Notes under the pieces: model-generated | The model's input: only the letters and a program-made list of their open reading frames with translations | Told to the model about the DNA's origin: nothing | Databases searched by the model: none | Program-made: the position numbers and the translations under genes | Assembly: GCA_963706595.1 (NCBI GenBank) | Contig: OY970166.1 | Coordinates: 1,312,001-1,376,000, forward strand | Reading direction: 5' to 3' | Source of the DNA: an uncultured cyanobacterium | GTDB lineage: Bacteria; Cyanobacteriota; Cyanobacteriia; Cyanobacteriales; Nostocaceae | Length of the DNA: 64,000 nucleotides | Part shown: positions 1 to 10,890 of the stretch, piece after piece | Layout: each line of letters starts with the position of its first letter | How positions within the stretch are numbered: the first letter of the stretch is position 1

Positions 1-3000
1 AGTTTTGTCCGCACTAGCCGAGGCGATAGTTTTACCATCCGGGCTAAACTTGATGTTAGTCACCCAACCGTTATGACCTGAAAGAGTTTTCAACAAACGC
101 CCGTTTCGACTCCAGAGTTTGATAGTTTTGTCCGCACTAGCAGAAGCCAGAACTTGATCATCAGGGCTGAAACTCAGACTCGTAACCCAATCCTTGTGTC
201 CTTTGAGAGTATGCAGCAAAGTCCCATCTCGTTGACGAATCTGAATACCCTCCTTTGCACTTGCCAAAGCAACTGTATTTCCATCATGGGTAAAACCAAT
301 ACTGGTAACATCTTCCATGGGGGAAGGCAAAGTTTCGAGTAACTGACCATTCAAATTCCAGAGTTTCATGGTTTTGTCTGAACTCAAAGAGGCAATAGTA
401 CCACCATCAGCCGTGAAGCTAACATCATTAACACTACCTTGATGTCCGTAAAAACTCTTGGGTAAATTTCTTTCTAGTTGCCATAATCGGATAGTATTGT
501 CATCACTAGCCGAGGCGAGTCTATTGCTATCAGGGCTAAAACTCAGACTATTAACCTCATGGCTATGTCCTTGCAAAGTACCTAACAAATTACCTGCACG
601 AGTCCAAAGTTTGATCGTTTTATCAGCACTGGCTGAAGCAATTATCTGACCATCTGGAGAAAACTTGACTTGCCAAACACCACCAATATGCCCTTCGATA
701 GTTCTGAGCAAATTACCGTCACGACTCCAGAGTTTAATGCTATGGTCAGCACTAGCTGAAGCAATTGTCTGTCCATCAGGGCTAAAACTGACATCCAAAA
801 TTTCTCTCGTACTGGCTGGCAAAGTGGATAACAAACGACCGTCCAAACTCCAAAGTTTCACTGTGCCATCATCACTAGCCGAGGCAATGGTATCACCTTC
901 TGGTGAGAACTTGACACTATTTACACTGCGGCTATGCCCAATGAAATTTGCCAGTAACTGGCCATCCCGATTCCATAGTTTAACTGAATTGTCACTACTA
1001 GCAGAAGCCAATATTTGACCATTTGGCGAGAAACTGACGCTATTCACACCATGAAGATGTCCGGTGAAGGTTGTGAGTAACTTACCATCACGACTCCACA
1101 ATTTAATGGTATTGTCACTACTAGCAGAAGCCAATATTGAATCAGTTGGTGAGAAACTCACACTATTGACACTATCTTGATGATCTGTGAGACTTGCCAG
1201 TAAGCTACCATCACGATTCCAAAGTTGGATACTGTTATCCGCATAACCCGAAGCTAAAATTTGACCATCCGGTGAAAAACTGATGCTCGTTACCCAAGAA
1301 TTATGAGTTAAACGGTTACGTTCTTGAGTTCCATAAACTGCCTGTTGGAGGATAGTTGCAGTTTGAGATTGGATATTGCTAGGGAGTCCCGGAGTAATTT
1401 CTTGTACTTCCCTCCCGGCTTTGAGACTAGTTAATAATGCTTCTAACTGCTGATTGGAGAAGAGAAAGTTTTCTGATAAGGAATTTAAAGCTTGGATCTC
1501 TCGCAACTGGGCTTTTTGAGTTTGTTGATAAGCTAAAACAGCTAAACCAAAAGCAGTAAGTCCCAGAATACTCATAATTCCCACAGTTCTTTGCGCTTTT
1601 CTGAGTCTATTTTGTTCTGTTTGTTGTTGGCGTTGTCTTTGAATTAAACAAGCTTGAATAAAACGTTGGACATCAGAAGATACTTCGTCAGTGTAATTAA
1701 TATAAATTTCTTCAGCTTCTGCGAGGCGAACACCTTGCAAGAGAAAATCTGGTTGTTCATTGCTATGAATCCACAAAGCTGCTGATTGGGCAATTTGACG
1801 ATGCGATCGCAACCTCGCCCGATTTTCCTCCAACCACCAGCGCAAAGTAGACCAATAGCGAATCAGAACCTCGTGAGCTACTTCTATAGTTACAGGCGAA
1901 AATGAGACCGATGGGAAAGAAGATTGTGTTACCAGCCCAACATCTTCCCCTCTGCTCCCTGCTCCCTGCTCCCCTGCCTTTTTTCCCACATCTTCCCCTC
2001 TGCTCCCTGCTCCCTGCTCCCCTGCCTTTTTTCCCACATCTTCCCCTCTGCTCCCTGCTCCCTGCTCCCCTGCCTTTTTTCCCACCGCCTCCGCATCTTC
2101 TTCTAAATTCACCACCACCAACTTGGCAGCAATTAACACTTGTAATGTTCTTTCTACCAAAGCCACCGGATATTTTTTGACAATTAACTCCGATTTGAGT
2201 ACCCTTCGCCGAGTATCTTCTGTACCCTCACCCAACTGAGTCAGCGACAGAAAAATCCACCGGGCGCACTCTTGAGCTTCTGGATCTAAACCGTTGTAAA
2301 CTGTTTGGGCTTTACTTTCCAGCGCTCCTTTAATACCGCCCAAATGCTGTTGGTAGGCTTGTAAAGTAATTGCCCCATTTTCGCGATATTCCCACAACTG
2401 TTCCAGAACAAATTCTAATAGCGGTAACTCTCCAGGAGATTGGTGTAACTCTTGCAGCAGAACTTCTACCAATTCCGCCTCTACAGTTAAACCAACTTTT
2501 TCAGCCGGGTTAATAATCATCCGGCGATACTCTTCTTCAGTCAAGCAGGGAGGTAACAGCAGACTCGACTGCTGCAACAACTTCACCAATTTTGGTACTT
2601 CTAAACAAGGAGCGATAAAATCTGCCCGCAAAGTAATGATTAATTTAAACTTTTCTGGTATATATTCCAGCGCCCCTAAAACAACTTCTAAAAAACGCTG
2701 TCTATCCTCACTAGGTGCGATGGTAAATAATTCTTCAAACTGATCTACCACCAAAACTACCATTGCTTCTGGACGATTACGCACCCAATGAGCAAACCCT
2801 TCTACCCCCTGGTACAACATCCCTTCTAACTGCAATTGCTGGTAAGCTTTTTCTTTTTCAGTCCCGCTATCTACTAAGCGGCGTGATAAAGCTTGTAAAG
2901 GATTTACACCAGGGCGAAAACTTCTCATCCACCAGTCTTCGCTCCCTAGCAAGAGTTTTCCCCTTCGCAGTTGAGCAATTAATCCCGCCTGTACCACAGA

Positions 3001-4755
3001 AGACTTACCGCTACCAGAAGCCCCCACAACCGCAATAAATGACCTTTGTTCTAAGTCACTAATTAGTTGCTGAACAACAACTTCTCTGCCGTAAAAATAC
3101 TGAGCATCTTCTTCCCCAAAAGCCCGCAATCCCCGGTAAGGACAAAGCCCTAAATCAATAGCTGCTGTTGACTCAATGCCTCTATATCCAGAATTAGCGG
3201 GTATAACTTCAATTACGCCTTGTGTCCCAGATAGCCAGATATGCAGAGGCAATTCATGGTTACAGGATAATTGCAATTGGGTAATCCAAGCGGCTGCTGA
3301 TAGGCTACCTAGCGGCTGGGCTGCTTGTAAGGTAGAGTGTAACGCTTGAGCAAATTGTTCGGGATGACTTTTCGGTGCAGCCGCAGCAATTATACATTGC
3401 CCTTGCTCAAATCCTAGTTGCAAATCTTCTACCCAATCTTGTAGAACTGCATAGCCATTTGCCACCGGGCAGTCTAAAATAATGATTTGTTGGGCATAAG
3501 TTGAACGCCTGAGCTGTTGCCTTAACCAGGAACGACTGAGGCGAATATTTTCTGCTAAAACTAAAGCAGGTTCCCCAGATTCAGTTTCCTCAAGTCGTCC
3601 ACGTAAATATAACAGGACTGTGGCAAAAATTTTGGGATGGTTTGGCGGTGCTGATTCTGTAGTTTGTAAACAAGTTTGAATAGTCGAGTGTAAATCCTGA
3701 GTGGTAACTTCTAGCGATTGCGGCCAATACTCTAACTCAAAACCACCCACACCCCGCAATAATTTACTCACAGCCAAGGTAGTCTGATTAGTCGCCAGCC
3801 CCTCTAATATCAATGCTTGTCTGGAAGAAGACGATTCTACAAGGGCTGGTTTTAATCCCAGAATCACTTCCCCCACTCCTTCGACAATCCGCTTGGGTGT
3901 TTGCTGCGGATATTCTGAATAAAGATTGGTGTCGCCTCTACTTTTATTCTGCTGATTAATCAGTCGTAATTGCTGATTAGTTTGCTCAATGTATTGGCGC
4001 GTTTGATGATAAACATATCTGTAAAGTCCATCAGCATCAATCAAACCCTGGGAATCAGCCGCTTCACCACGCAAACCCCGCATTAAGTAATAAGTAAATA
4101 CGCCATGTCCCAATTCGGGGAATTCCCAAGATTGTTGATTAGTATCACAGGAAAGCAAAGCATAGAATCCTTTACTCTGTTTTGCCCGTTGGCGTAACAA
4201 TTCCACCATCTGAAATGTCGGGTTAGGCAAAGATGGTGTAGTGATCTCACTTCTAGCACCTCGGAATGTCAAGCTACCACTATGACAAGCATCCAGCCAC
4301 ACCAACTGAGTCTGCGCCTGACTATTTCCCAACACCTGCAACATTTCCTGTAAACCTAAACCAGTGTTGAGTAAGTCGTCTGTTTGAGTATCTGCTAGAC
4401 ACAAAAATGCTTGTTGAGAATTTGACTCTAGCATCCCATGTCCAGAGAAATAAAATAAAATCGTATCCTGTGGTTGAGCCGCCGCCGTAATTTCGTGTAA
4501 GCTGGCACGGACTGTGGAGAGAGTCGGTTGCCCAGAAGCTAAATCATGGTGAACTCTCTGTTTAGTTTGGGGAAATCCTTGAGTTGCGTCGGCTAAAGCT
4601 GCTGCCAAACCTTGACAATCCACAGCCGAGTAGCGTAGTGAGGGCAGTCTCTTGTCTTGGTATTGGTTAACACCCACCAACAACAGCCAAAATTGTGCCT
4701 CTCCTAGTTCTAGGACGTGGGTTAAATGACTGGTTGCTATACCGAGTGGAGACAT
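1..4755 (-). CDS. Caspase-family (C14) peptidase / nSTAND1-type NTPase / TM / WD40-repeat protein; 3' end outside the window
   Basis: Not in the ORF track because there is no stop in the window. Manual translation of segments from ATG 4755 gives MSPLGIATSH..LLVGVNQYQD, YFSGHG, WLDACHSG (caspase dyad), CPYRGLRAF, Walker A GASGSGKS, Walker B VVDQFEELF, a hydrophobic segment and many GH..V..VSFSPDG..IASAS.D.TIKLW repeats. Confidence 0.92.
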   Translation of the reverse strand, partial: MSPLGIATSHLTHVLELGEAQFWLLLVGVNQYQDKRLPSLRYSAVDCQGLAAALADATQGFPQTKQRVHHDLASGQPTLSTVRASLHEITAAAQPQDTILFYFSGHGMLESNSQQAFLCLADTQTDDLLNTGLGLQEMLQVLGNSQAQTQLVWLDACHSGSLTFRGARSEITTPSLPNPTFQMVELLRQRAKQSKGFYALLSCDTNQQSWEFPELGHGVFTYYLMRGLRGEAADSQGLIDADGLYRYVYHQTRQYIEQTNQQLRLINQQNKSRGDTNLYSEYPQQTPKRIVEGVGEVILGLKPALVESSSSRQALILEGLATNQTTLAVSKLLRGVGGFELEYWPQSLEVTTQDLHSTIQTCLQTTESAPPNHPKIFATVLLYLRGRLEETESGEPALVLAENIRLSRSWLRQQLRRSTYAQQIIILDCPVANGYAVLQDWVEDLQLGFEQGQCIIAAAAPKSHPEQFAQALHSTLQAAQPLGSLSAAAWITQLQLSCNHELPLHIWLSGTQGVIEVIPANSGYRGIESTAAIDLGLCPYRGLRAFGEEDAQYFYGREVVVQQLISDLEQRSFIAVVGASGSGKSSVVQAGLIAQLRRGKLLLGSEDWWMRSFRPGVNPLQALSRRLVDSGTEKEKAYQQLQLEGMLYQGVEGFAHWVRNRPEAMVVLVVDQFEELFTIAPSEDRQRFLEVVLGALEYIPEKFKLIITLRADFIAPCLEVPKLVKLLQQSSLLLPPCLTEEEYRRMIINPAEKVGLTVEAELVEVLLQELHQSPGELPLLEFVLEQLWEYRENGAITLQAYQQHLGGIKGALESKAQTVYNGLDPEAQECARWIFLSLTQLGEGTEDTRRRVLKSELIVKKYPVALVERTLQVLIAAKLVVVNLEEDAEAVGKKAGEQGAGSRGEDVGKKAGEQGAGSRGEDVGKKAGEQGAGSRGEDVGLVTQSSFPSVSFSPVTIEVAHEVLIRYWSTLRWWLEENRARLRSHRQIAQSAALWIHSNEQPDFLLQGVRLAEAEEIYINYTDEVSSDVQRFIQACLIQRQRQQQTEQNRLRKAQRTVGIMSILGLTAFGLAVLAYQQTQKAQLREIQALNSLSENFLFSNQQLEALLTSLKAGREVQEITPGLPSNIQSQTATILQQAVYGTQERNRLTHNSWVTSISFSPDGQILASGYADNSIQLWNRDGSLLASLTDHQDSVNSVSFSPTDSILASASSDNTIKLWSRDGKLLTTFTGHLHGVNSVSFSPNGQILASASSDNSVKLWNRDGQLLANFIGHSRSVNSVKFSPEGDTIASASDDGTVKLWSLDGRLLSTLPASTREILDVSFSPDGQTIASASADHSIKLWSRDGNLLRTIEGHIGGVWQVKFSPDGQIIASASADKTIKLWTRAGNLLGTLQGHSHEVNSLSFSPDSNRLASASDDNTIRLWQLERNLPKSFYGHQGSVNDVSFTADGGTIASLSSDKTMKLWNLNGQLLETLPSPMEDVTSIGFTHDGNTVALASAKEGIQIRQRDGTLLHTLKGHKDWVTSLSFSPDDQVLASASADKTIKLWSRNGRLLKTLSGHNGWVTNIKFSPDGKTIASASADKT
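1941..2084 (-). repeat. 3 x 48-bp in-frame tandem repeat derived from STRR-type (CTCCCTG) sequence, encoding ([16 protein letters not shown])3
   Basis: CATCTTCCCCTCTGCTCCCTG recurs at 1941, 1989 and 2037. Confidence 0.95.
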
Positions 4756-4796
4756 TTTAAAGTTGATGGGTAATTAGTAAGTTAAATCTAGATAAA

Positions 4797-5297
4797 TTAA
4801 GATTTGCGGCACTGTAATCCAAAGGGGATGCCGTTCCAACTAGTATAACCACTAGCAATGTTACGATTCATGGTGTGCATGATTAGCAACCAGTTGTCTG
4901 TATTTTTATACCGCAAGGGCAATATATGGTCTCGCCGTGAAGACTGGGGATCGCCAGCAGCAAAGGCTCTCTGTTCAATCGATACCCACGCACCGCCATT
5001 ATCGCTGACACGTCCAGCAATTCTTGTGTCGGCAGTTGTCGTACATACACCATTTTTACATACTCTGGTATCTGCTAAATTAAGTTCTAACACAGCTTGA
5101 CGACCATCTAAATTGCAATTCCATTTTCCCGCCCAGTCAGGGAGAATTACATCCGTGGGGTTGCGCCGTCCGTAGGTGGTGGCGTTAACACCTTGCACTA
5201 AAATTACAGAACCAGCAGTTATTCCTAAAAGCACACTTGTCAGTATTTTATTTATTTTCATACTTATGGCGTAATCATGAAAGTTTTTTGGGATCAT
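4797..5297 (-). CDS. Secreted hypothetical protein (signal peptide, 4 Cys); start may be at MKINK
   Basis: N-terminal KINKILTSVLLGITAGSVILVQGVNA signal; ends 41 bp before the caspase gene ATG. Confidence 0.8.
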   Translation of the reverse strand: MIPKNFHDYAISMKINKILTSVLLGITAGSVILVQGVNATTYGRRNPTDVILPDWAGKWNCNLDGRQAVLELNLADTRVCKNGVCTTTADTRIAGRVSDNGGAWVSIEQRAFAAGDPQSSRRDHILPLRYKNTDNWLLIMHTMNRNIASGYTSWNGIPFGLQCRKS

Positions 5298-5911
5298 TTT
5301 CTGTATAGGTTTGTTGATATTAATTTATGCAGTTTTGTGCTTAGAAAAACTCGTAATATTTATATTTTTATACATTAATTGCGTAAAAATCACAAGATAA
5401 TATTACTTGTATAAACGAATCAATAAAAAAACACGCCAATTTGGCGAGATTTATCGAATTATCTTTGTTAAAGTATTGATTGTAAAAGACTTGTGGGCTT
5501 AGTAGTCCAAGGTTTACTACACTTCAAGAGCATCGACTGCGGTACTAATTCCAATAGTTCTGTTTTTTATGCTCTATGAATTGAAGATTGCTGCTAGATT
5601 TTCTGTAGTGATCTCAACCAATCCCTTCTTCTCGCAAAAGGGACAAGTAGAATCATAAGTCCTTGTTGATTTACTCCTATCCTTACCTCGTTCAACCATG
5701 ATATGAACGGGGTATTTTTCATGGTTTCTCTAACAACAATTTACGTCTAATCAACTCTAATCAACAGTTTGTAGTAGGGACTTCAGTCCCTCCAGCCATG
5801 ACTAAAATCCTGACGAAGAGCAACTATTTTTTACCCATATCGTTTGCTCTGTGTCTAGTAGGTTTGGGATTTCTATCTATTAGTGTAGGATAAAGTTGGA
5901 AAAGATAAATT

Positions 5912-6781
5912 TTAGTTTTTTGGCAAGTTTGAGTAACTTTCACACAGTGCGATCGCATGATGGCGAATATGGTCTTCAATAAAACTAGCGATAAAATAAT
6001 AACTGTGGTCGTAGCCTGATTGATAACGTAAATTAAGCGGCTGATTCACAGAATTACAAGCTTGTTCAAATACCTCTGGGAATAATTGTGCAGCTAAAAA
6101 TTTATCCGCAGTTCCTTGATCAATCAAAATGGAACTGTGATATCCTAGTTTCTGCACTAATTCACTAGCATCATAATTGCGCCACGCTTCTTGATTATCA
6201 CCTAGATAACCACTGAATGCCTTTTGACCCCAAGGACAACCCATTGGGGCAGCAATAGGTGCAAAAGCTGAGACTGATTTATATAGTTGCGGGTTTCGCA
6301 TGGCACATACTAGCGCCCCATGTCCGCCCATTGAATGACCAAAAATACCTTGTTTATCAGGTAGGATGGGGAAATTTGCGGCAATTATCCCAGGTAATTC
6401 TTGCACTATATAACTATACATTTGGTAATTTTGATGCCAAGGTTCCTCCGTAGCATCCACATAAAAGCCCGCACCTGTACCAAAATCCCATGCGTCATCT
6501 TCACCTGCAATACCAGTGTTGCGGGGGCTTGTATCTGGTGCGACTAATATCAAACCGGACTCAGATGCATAACGCTGCGCCCCAGCCTTAGCCATAAAAT
6601 TCTCTTCAGTACAAGTTAAGCCAGAAAGGAAATAGAGTCCGGGTACTGGCTGTTGAGTGGCTTGTGGTGGCTGATAGACGGCGAAGCGCATTTCACCGTA
6701 ACAGGTCGAGGAAACATGAGAATAAAAGCCAAGTTTGCCGCCAAAGCTTTGATATTCTGAGATCAAATTAAGATTGGTCAT
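5912..6781 (-). CDS. fghA: S-formylglutathione hydrolase
   Basis: LSGLTCTEENF, GHSMGGHGAL and GYDHSYYFI motifs. Confidence 0.97.
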   Translation of the reverse strand: MTNLNLISEYQSFGGKLGFYSHVSSTCYGEMRFAVYQPPQATQQPVPGLYFLSGLTCTEENFMAKAGAQRYASESGLILVAPDTSPRNTGIAGEDDAWDFGTGAGFYVDATEEPWHQNYQMYSYIVQELPGIIAANFPILPDKQGIFGHSMGGHGALVCAMRNPQLYKSVSAFAPIAAPMGCPWGQKAFSGYLGDNQEAWRNYDASELVQKLGYHSSILIDQGTADKFLAAQLFPEVFEQACNSVNQPLNLRYQSGYDHSYYFIASFIEDHIRHHAIALCESYSNLPKN

Positions 6782-7274
6782 GAATTAAATCATCATTTGC
6801 AGCTTCAGACGGATAAAAGCGATCGCTCATAACTTCTGCCAAAGTATACAAACATTCCTGGGGAAAAGTCGAGAGTGGCAAGTTGGTTTCACCTGATGCT
6901 AAATCTTTAGCATTTTGATATGCTTCTGGGAGTGCTTCTTCGAGGTCAGCTTTCAAACGAGAATTTTCGCTGAGTAACTTCAGAATCTCCCGCCGTTGAA
7001 GTCGAATAGTTACCAACCAATTACGACTGCGTTTTGCTGACTCAAATTCCCACTTGAGTAAATGTCCAATTAATATGCTGAGGCGATTTCGTAATTCTCG
7101 GCGTTCTATTCTCCCCAAGGATTCAATTTCCTCGATTAAATTGGGTATATCAAGCTGGTTCCATTGCTGATGACGCAGTAACTGAGATTGTTGCTGTGTC
7201 CAAGCGTAAAAGTTTTTTTTATAGAGGTTGGCTTTCAGATTCAGTGCTGTTGCTTCTGTTTTTGGTGTCTGCAT
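6768..7274 (-). CDS. DUF29 family protein
   Basis: LY..NFYAW..QQ..LL..LD..NLIEEIESLG..ERREL..L..HLLKW pattern. Confidence 0.92.
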   Translation of the reverse strand: MQTPKTEATALNLKANLYKKNFYAWTQQQSQLLRHQQWNQLDIPNLIEEIESLGRIERRELRNRLSILIGHLLKWEFESAKRSRNWLVTIRLQRREILKLLSENSRLKADLEEALPEAYQNAKDLASGETNLPLSTFPQECLYTLAEVMSDRFYPSEAANDDLIHDQS

Positions 7275-7378
7275 TTTGTGAGTGCTGATTAATTTTTACC
7301 ATGCAGCAATTTTTTTGGTGAATATTCGCAATTTTAATCTGATTTGAGCAGCGATGTCTACGCCTAAACTATAGTATC

Positions 7379-8488
7379 TTAAAATGTTACCACGCTGCGA
7401 ATTGATTCACCTTTGTGCATTAAATCAAAAGCATCATTAATTTGCTCAATAGGCATCACATGAGTAATTAAATCATCAATATTTATTTTCCCATCCATAT
7501 ACCAATCAACAATTTTCGGCACATCGGTACGTCCCCTAGCGCCACCAAATGCCGAACCTTTCCAAACGCGTCCAGTTACTAATTGAAACGGACGAGTTCT
7601 AATTTCTTGTCCAGCACCAGCAACACCAATAACCACACTTACGCCCCAACCTTTATGACAGCATTCTAAGGCTTGACGCATCACATTCACATTGCCAATA
7701 CATTCAAAACTATAATCAGCACCACCTTTGGTTAAATCCACCAAATAAGGCACTAAATCACCCTCAACTTCTTGGGGGTTGACAAAATGCGTCATGCCAA
7801 ACTTTTCGGCTAAAGCGCGTTTACTGGGATTAATATCTACCCCGATAATCATATTCGCTCCTACCATCCGCGCCCCTTGGATGACATTTAAGCCAATACC
7901 GCCTAAGCCAAAAACTACGACATTTGCGCCTGGTTCTACTTTGGCTGTATGAATAACTGCACCCACACCAGTAGTTACACCGCAGCCAATATAACAAACT
8001 TTATCAAAGGGGGCATCTGGGCGAATTTTGGCGACGGCAATTTCAGGTAAAACTGTGTAATTAGCAAAGGTAGATGTCCCCATGTAGTGATGCAACATTT
8101 CTCCACCAATACTAAAGCGACTCGTACCATCAGGCATAACACCGCGCCCTTGAGTTACGCGAATTGCTTGACAAAGATTGGTTTTCATGCTTAGACAATA
8201 TTCACACTGTCGGCATTCGGGAGTATATAGAGGAATGACATGATCTCCTGGTTTAAGGCTAGTGACACCAGCACCAACTTCAATCACTACACCTGCGCCT
8301 TCATGTCCTAAAATTGCGGGAAATAAACCTTCGGGGTCATTACCGGAAAGGGTGTAAGCATCGGTATGGCAAACCCCAGAGGCTTTAATCTCAATTAAAA
8401 CTTCCCCGGCTCGTGGTGGGGATAATTCCACAGTTTCAATAGTTAACGGCTTACCCGCGCCGTAAGCGACTGCTGCTTTAACTTCCAA
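7379..8488 (-). CDS. frmA: S-(hydroxymethyl)glutathione dehydrogenase / class III alcohol dehydrogenase
   Basis: [20 protein letters not shown], Zn-binding cysteines, [14 protein letters not shown]. Confidence 0.97.
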   Translation of the reverse strand: MEVKAAVAYGAGKPLTIETVELSPPRAGEVLIEIKASGVCHTDAYTLSGNDPEGLFPAILGHEGAGVVIEVGAGVTSLKPGDHVIPLYTPECRQCEYCLSMKTNLCQAIRVTQGRGVMPDGTSRFSIGGEMLHHYMGTSTFANYTVLPEIAVAKIRPDAPFDKVCYIGCGVTTGVGAVIHTAKVEPGANVVVFGLGGIGLNVIQGARMVGANMIIGVDINPSKRALAEKFGMTHFVNPQEVEGDLVPYLVDLTKGGADYSFECIGNVNVMRQALECCHKGWGVSVVIGVAGAGQEIRTRPFQLVTGRVWKGSAFGGARGRTDVPKIVDWYMDGKINIDDLITHVMPIEQINDAFDLMHKGESIRSVVTF

Positions 8489-8725
8489 AATGAGCCTTCC
8501 TGATATAGCAGTTTGATGAATGGGCTGTTTCGAGTTTATACCGAGGAATGATGAGAGAAACTTTTTGTTACTTTTTTATAAATTAACTATAAAATTGCAC
8601 AATTGCTTTTTCCGATGATATTGGTACATTAGTTACAGGCGGCAAACCTGGACGATGATATCGATCCGCCATCATTGACTGATCATTTTGTTAACTTTGA
8701 CCTTATCTTTATTTTTACAACGCTT

Positions 8726-10012
8726 ATGAACCCTGCCCTAACGAAAATTGGCGCTCAAATGTCTAACTTGACTGGCGTAAGAGCGATTATGAAGGACATT
8801 ATCGAAACGTTAAAAGCTGGGGCGGGGCAAGAATTTATTAATTTAAGCGCTGGAAACCCGTTGATTTTGCCGGAGGTAGAACAGTTATGGCGCGACTGCA
8901 CGGCGGAATTACTGGCTAGTTCGGAATACGGCGAGGTGGTTTGTCGTTACGGTTCGAGTCAGGGTTATGGACCTTTAATTGAGGCGATCGCCAATGACTT
9001 CAACAAACGCTATGGTTTAAACTTAAGCGATCGCAATATCTTAATTACACCCGGTAGTCAAAGCCTCTACTTCTACGCTGCCAATGCTTTCGGTGGTTAC
9101 ACAAATAACGGTGAACTCAAACAAATCGTTTTACCTCTCAGTCCCGACTATACGGGTTATGGCGGTGTTTGTTTAGAGCAAGATGCCTTAATTGCATATA
9201 AACCCACTTTAGATATTGATGCTGCGGCTCACAGGTTTAAATATCGTCCAGACTTCAGCCAACTATCGATTACAGAAAGCACCGGTTGCGTCATCTTCTC
9301 TCGTCCCTGTAACCCCACTGGTAATGTTCTCAGCGACGATGAAGTGAAAAAAATTGCGGCTTTGGCTGCACCTCATGATGTACCTGTGTTGATTGACTCA
9401 GCTTATGCGCCGCCTTTCCCAGCTTTAAACTTCACTGAAATGACACCAGTGTTCGGTGACAATATCTTGCACTGTATGAGTTTATCGAAAGCGGGATTAC
9501 CCGGTGAACGTATCGGTGTGGCTATTGGTGATCAAGGTATCATCCAAGCATTGGAGTGCTTTCAGACAAATTTGTGTATTCATCCTTCACGCTATGGGCA
9601 AGCGATCGCCGCTAGTGCTATTAATTCTGGTGCTTTAGCTAAAATCGCTGAAGAGGTGATTCGTCCTTTCTACCAGAAAAAGTTCACTGTGCTAGAAGAT
9701 ACTTTGGATCAGGCATTGTCCAAGGATTTACCTTGGTTCCTCCATCGCGGTGAAGGAGCTATTTTTGCTTGGTTATGGCTACAGGATTTACCTATGACTG
9801 ATTGGGAATTCTACCAGGAATTAAAGCAGGTGGGTGTGATTGTTGTGCCTGGTAGTAGCTTTTTCCCTGGTTTGCGCGAAGAATGGCCGCATAAGCACCA
9901 ATGTTTACGCATTAGTCTGACTGGTAGTGATGAAGAAATTGTTACGGGTATGCAACGTTTGGCACAGGTGGCTGAACGAGTTTACCAGCGTGCTGTTGTG
10001 AGTGTAAAATAA
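8726..10012 (+). CDS. avtA: Valine--pyruvate aminotransferase
   Basis: [24 protein letters not shown] start, [26 protein letters not shown]-lysine motif; ATG 8726 preferred over TTG 8675. Confidence 0.92.
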   Translation: MNPALTKIGAQMSNLTGVRAIMKDIIETLKAGAGQEFINLSAGNPLILPEVEQLWRDCTAELLASSEYGEVVCRYGSSQGYGPLIEAIANDFNKRYGLNLSDRNILITPGSQSLYFYAANAFGGYTNNGELKQIVLPLSPDYTGYGGVCLEQDALIAYKPTLDIDAAAHRFKYRPDFSQLSITESTGCVIFSRPCNPTGNVLSDDEVKKIAALAAPHDVPVLIDSAYAPPFPALNFTEMTPVFGDNILHCMSLSKAGLPGERIGVAIGDQGIIQALECFQTNLCIHPSRYGQAIAASAINSGALAKIAEEVIRPFYQKKFTVLEDTLDQALSKDLPWFLHRGEGAIFAWLWLQDLPMTDWEFYQELKQVGVIVVPGSSFFPGLREEWPHKHQCLRISLTGSDEEIVTGMQRLAQVAERVYQRAVVSVK

Positions 10013-10683
10013 TGAAAACGAACCACGAAGGCGCAAAGAGCGCCAAGAAGAAGCAGGGGAGCAGGGAGCAGGGAGCAGGGGGGAAGTTTCTCAACCCACT
10101 CCCCAATCTTGATGAATGGTTGGAAATTGGGAAGATTGTCGCCCCTCAAGGTTTGGCTGGGGAGTTACGGGTTTATCCGGAGTCGGATTTTCCGGAGCGG
10201 TTTGAGGTTCCGGGGACTCGTTGGTTATGGCATCCTGGGGATAAGGAACCGCAACCTGTGGAGTTGTTGTCGGGACGTTATGTGGAAGGGAAAAATTTGT
10301 GTGTGATTTCTTTGGCTGGGGTGAAAAATCGCGATGATGCTGAGGCGTTGCGCGATTATAAGTTGATGGTTCCGGCAAGCGATCGCCCCCAATTAGGCGA
10401 AGATGAATATCATGTTACCGATTTGATCGGAATGTTGGTATTTATGCAAGAATCGGCGGAACTTGTGGGTGAGGTGGTAGATGTCATTCCGGCTGGTAAT
10501 TTTTTATTGGAAGTCAAACTGCATCAGCAAAATGAAGCTGTTGAACCAGAAAATTCACAGCCGCAATCACCGAAGAAACTTTTGATACCATTTGTTAAGG
10601 CGATCGCCCCCGTAGTAGATATCGAATCTCGTCGGATTGAAATTACTCCCCCCCCTGGGTTGCTAGAACTAGCCATTGGTTAA
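10012..10683 (+). CDS. rimM: Ribosome maturation factor RimM
   Basis: [42 protein letters not shown]. Confidence 0.95.
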   Translation: MKTNHEGAKSAKKKQGSREQGAGGKFLNPLPNLDEWLEIGKIVAPQGLAGELRVYPESDFPERFEVPGTRWLWHPGDKEPQPVELLSGRYVEGKNLCVISLAGVKNRDDAEALRDYKLMVPASDRPQLGEDEYHVTDLIGMLVFMQESAELVGEVVDVIPAGNFLLEVKLHQQNEAVEPENSQPQSPKKLLIPFVKAIAPVVDIESRRIEITPPPGLLELAIG

Positions 10684-10716
10684 AAAATAGCAAGTCCGAT
10701 TCATTAGCTTCATCCC

Positions 10717-10890
10717 CCCACTCCCCAGAAGAGGCAAGGGAGCAGGGAGAAGGGAGCAAGGGGGAGTAAGAAATTATTTTAAACTTCTGGTTACTTAACA
10801 ACCATTCTTCTTCTCCCCTGCCCCCTGCCCCCTGCCCCCTGCACCTTTTCCTCTACTCCCTACTCCCCACTCCCCACTCCCTACTCCCCA
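10717..10890 (+). repeat. Left copy of ~170-bp inverted repeat (STRR-armed MITE-like element)
   Basis: Near-exact reverse complement of 11931-12096. Confidence 0.95.

Noticed and set aside
154..3038. Plus-strand ORFs 154-342, 458-649, 665-1018, 1902-2180, 1924-2106, 2763-3038
   Set aside because: Antisense shadows of the long minus-strand caspase-STAND-WD40 gene
5574..5730. Short minus-strand reading frame with CPFC (HEKYPVHIMVERGKD..TCPFCEKKGLVEI)
   Set aside because: Stop immediately upstream and no clear start; may be a gene remnant but cannot be supported
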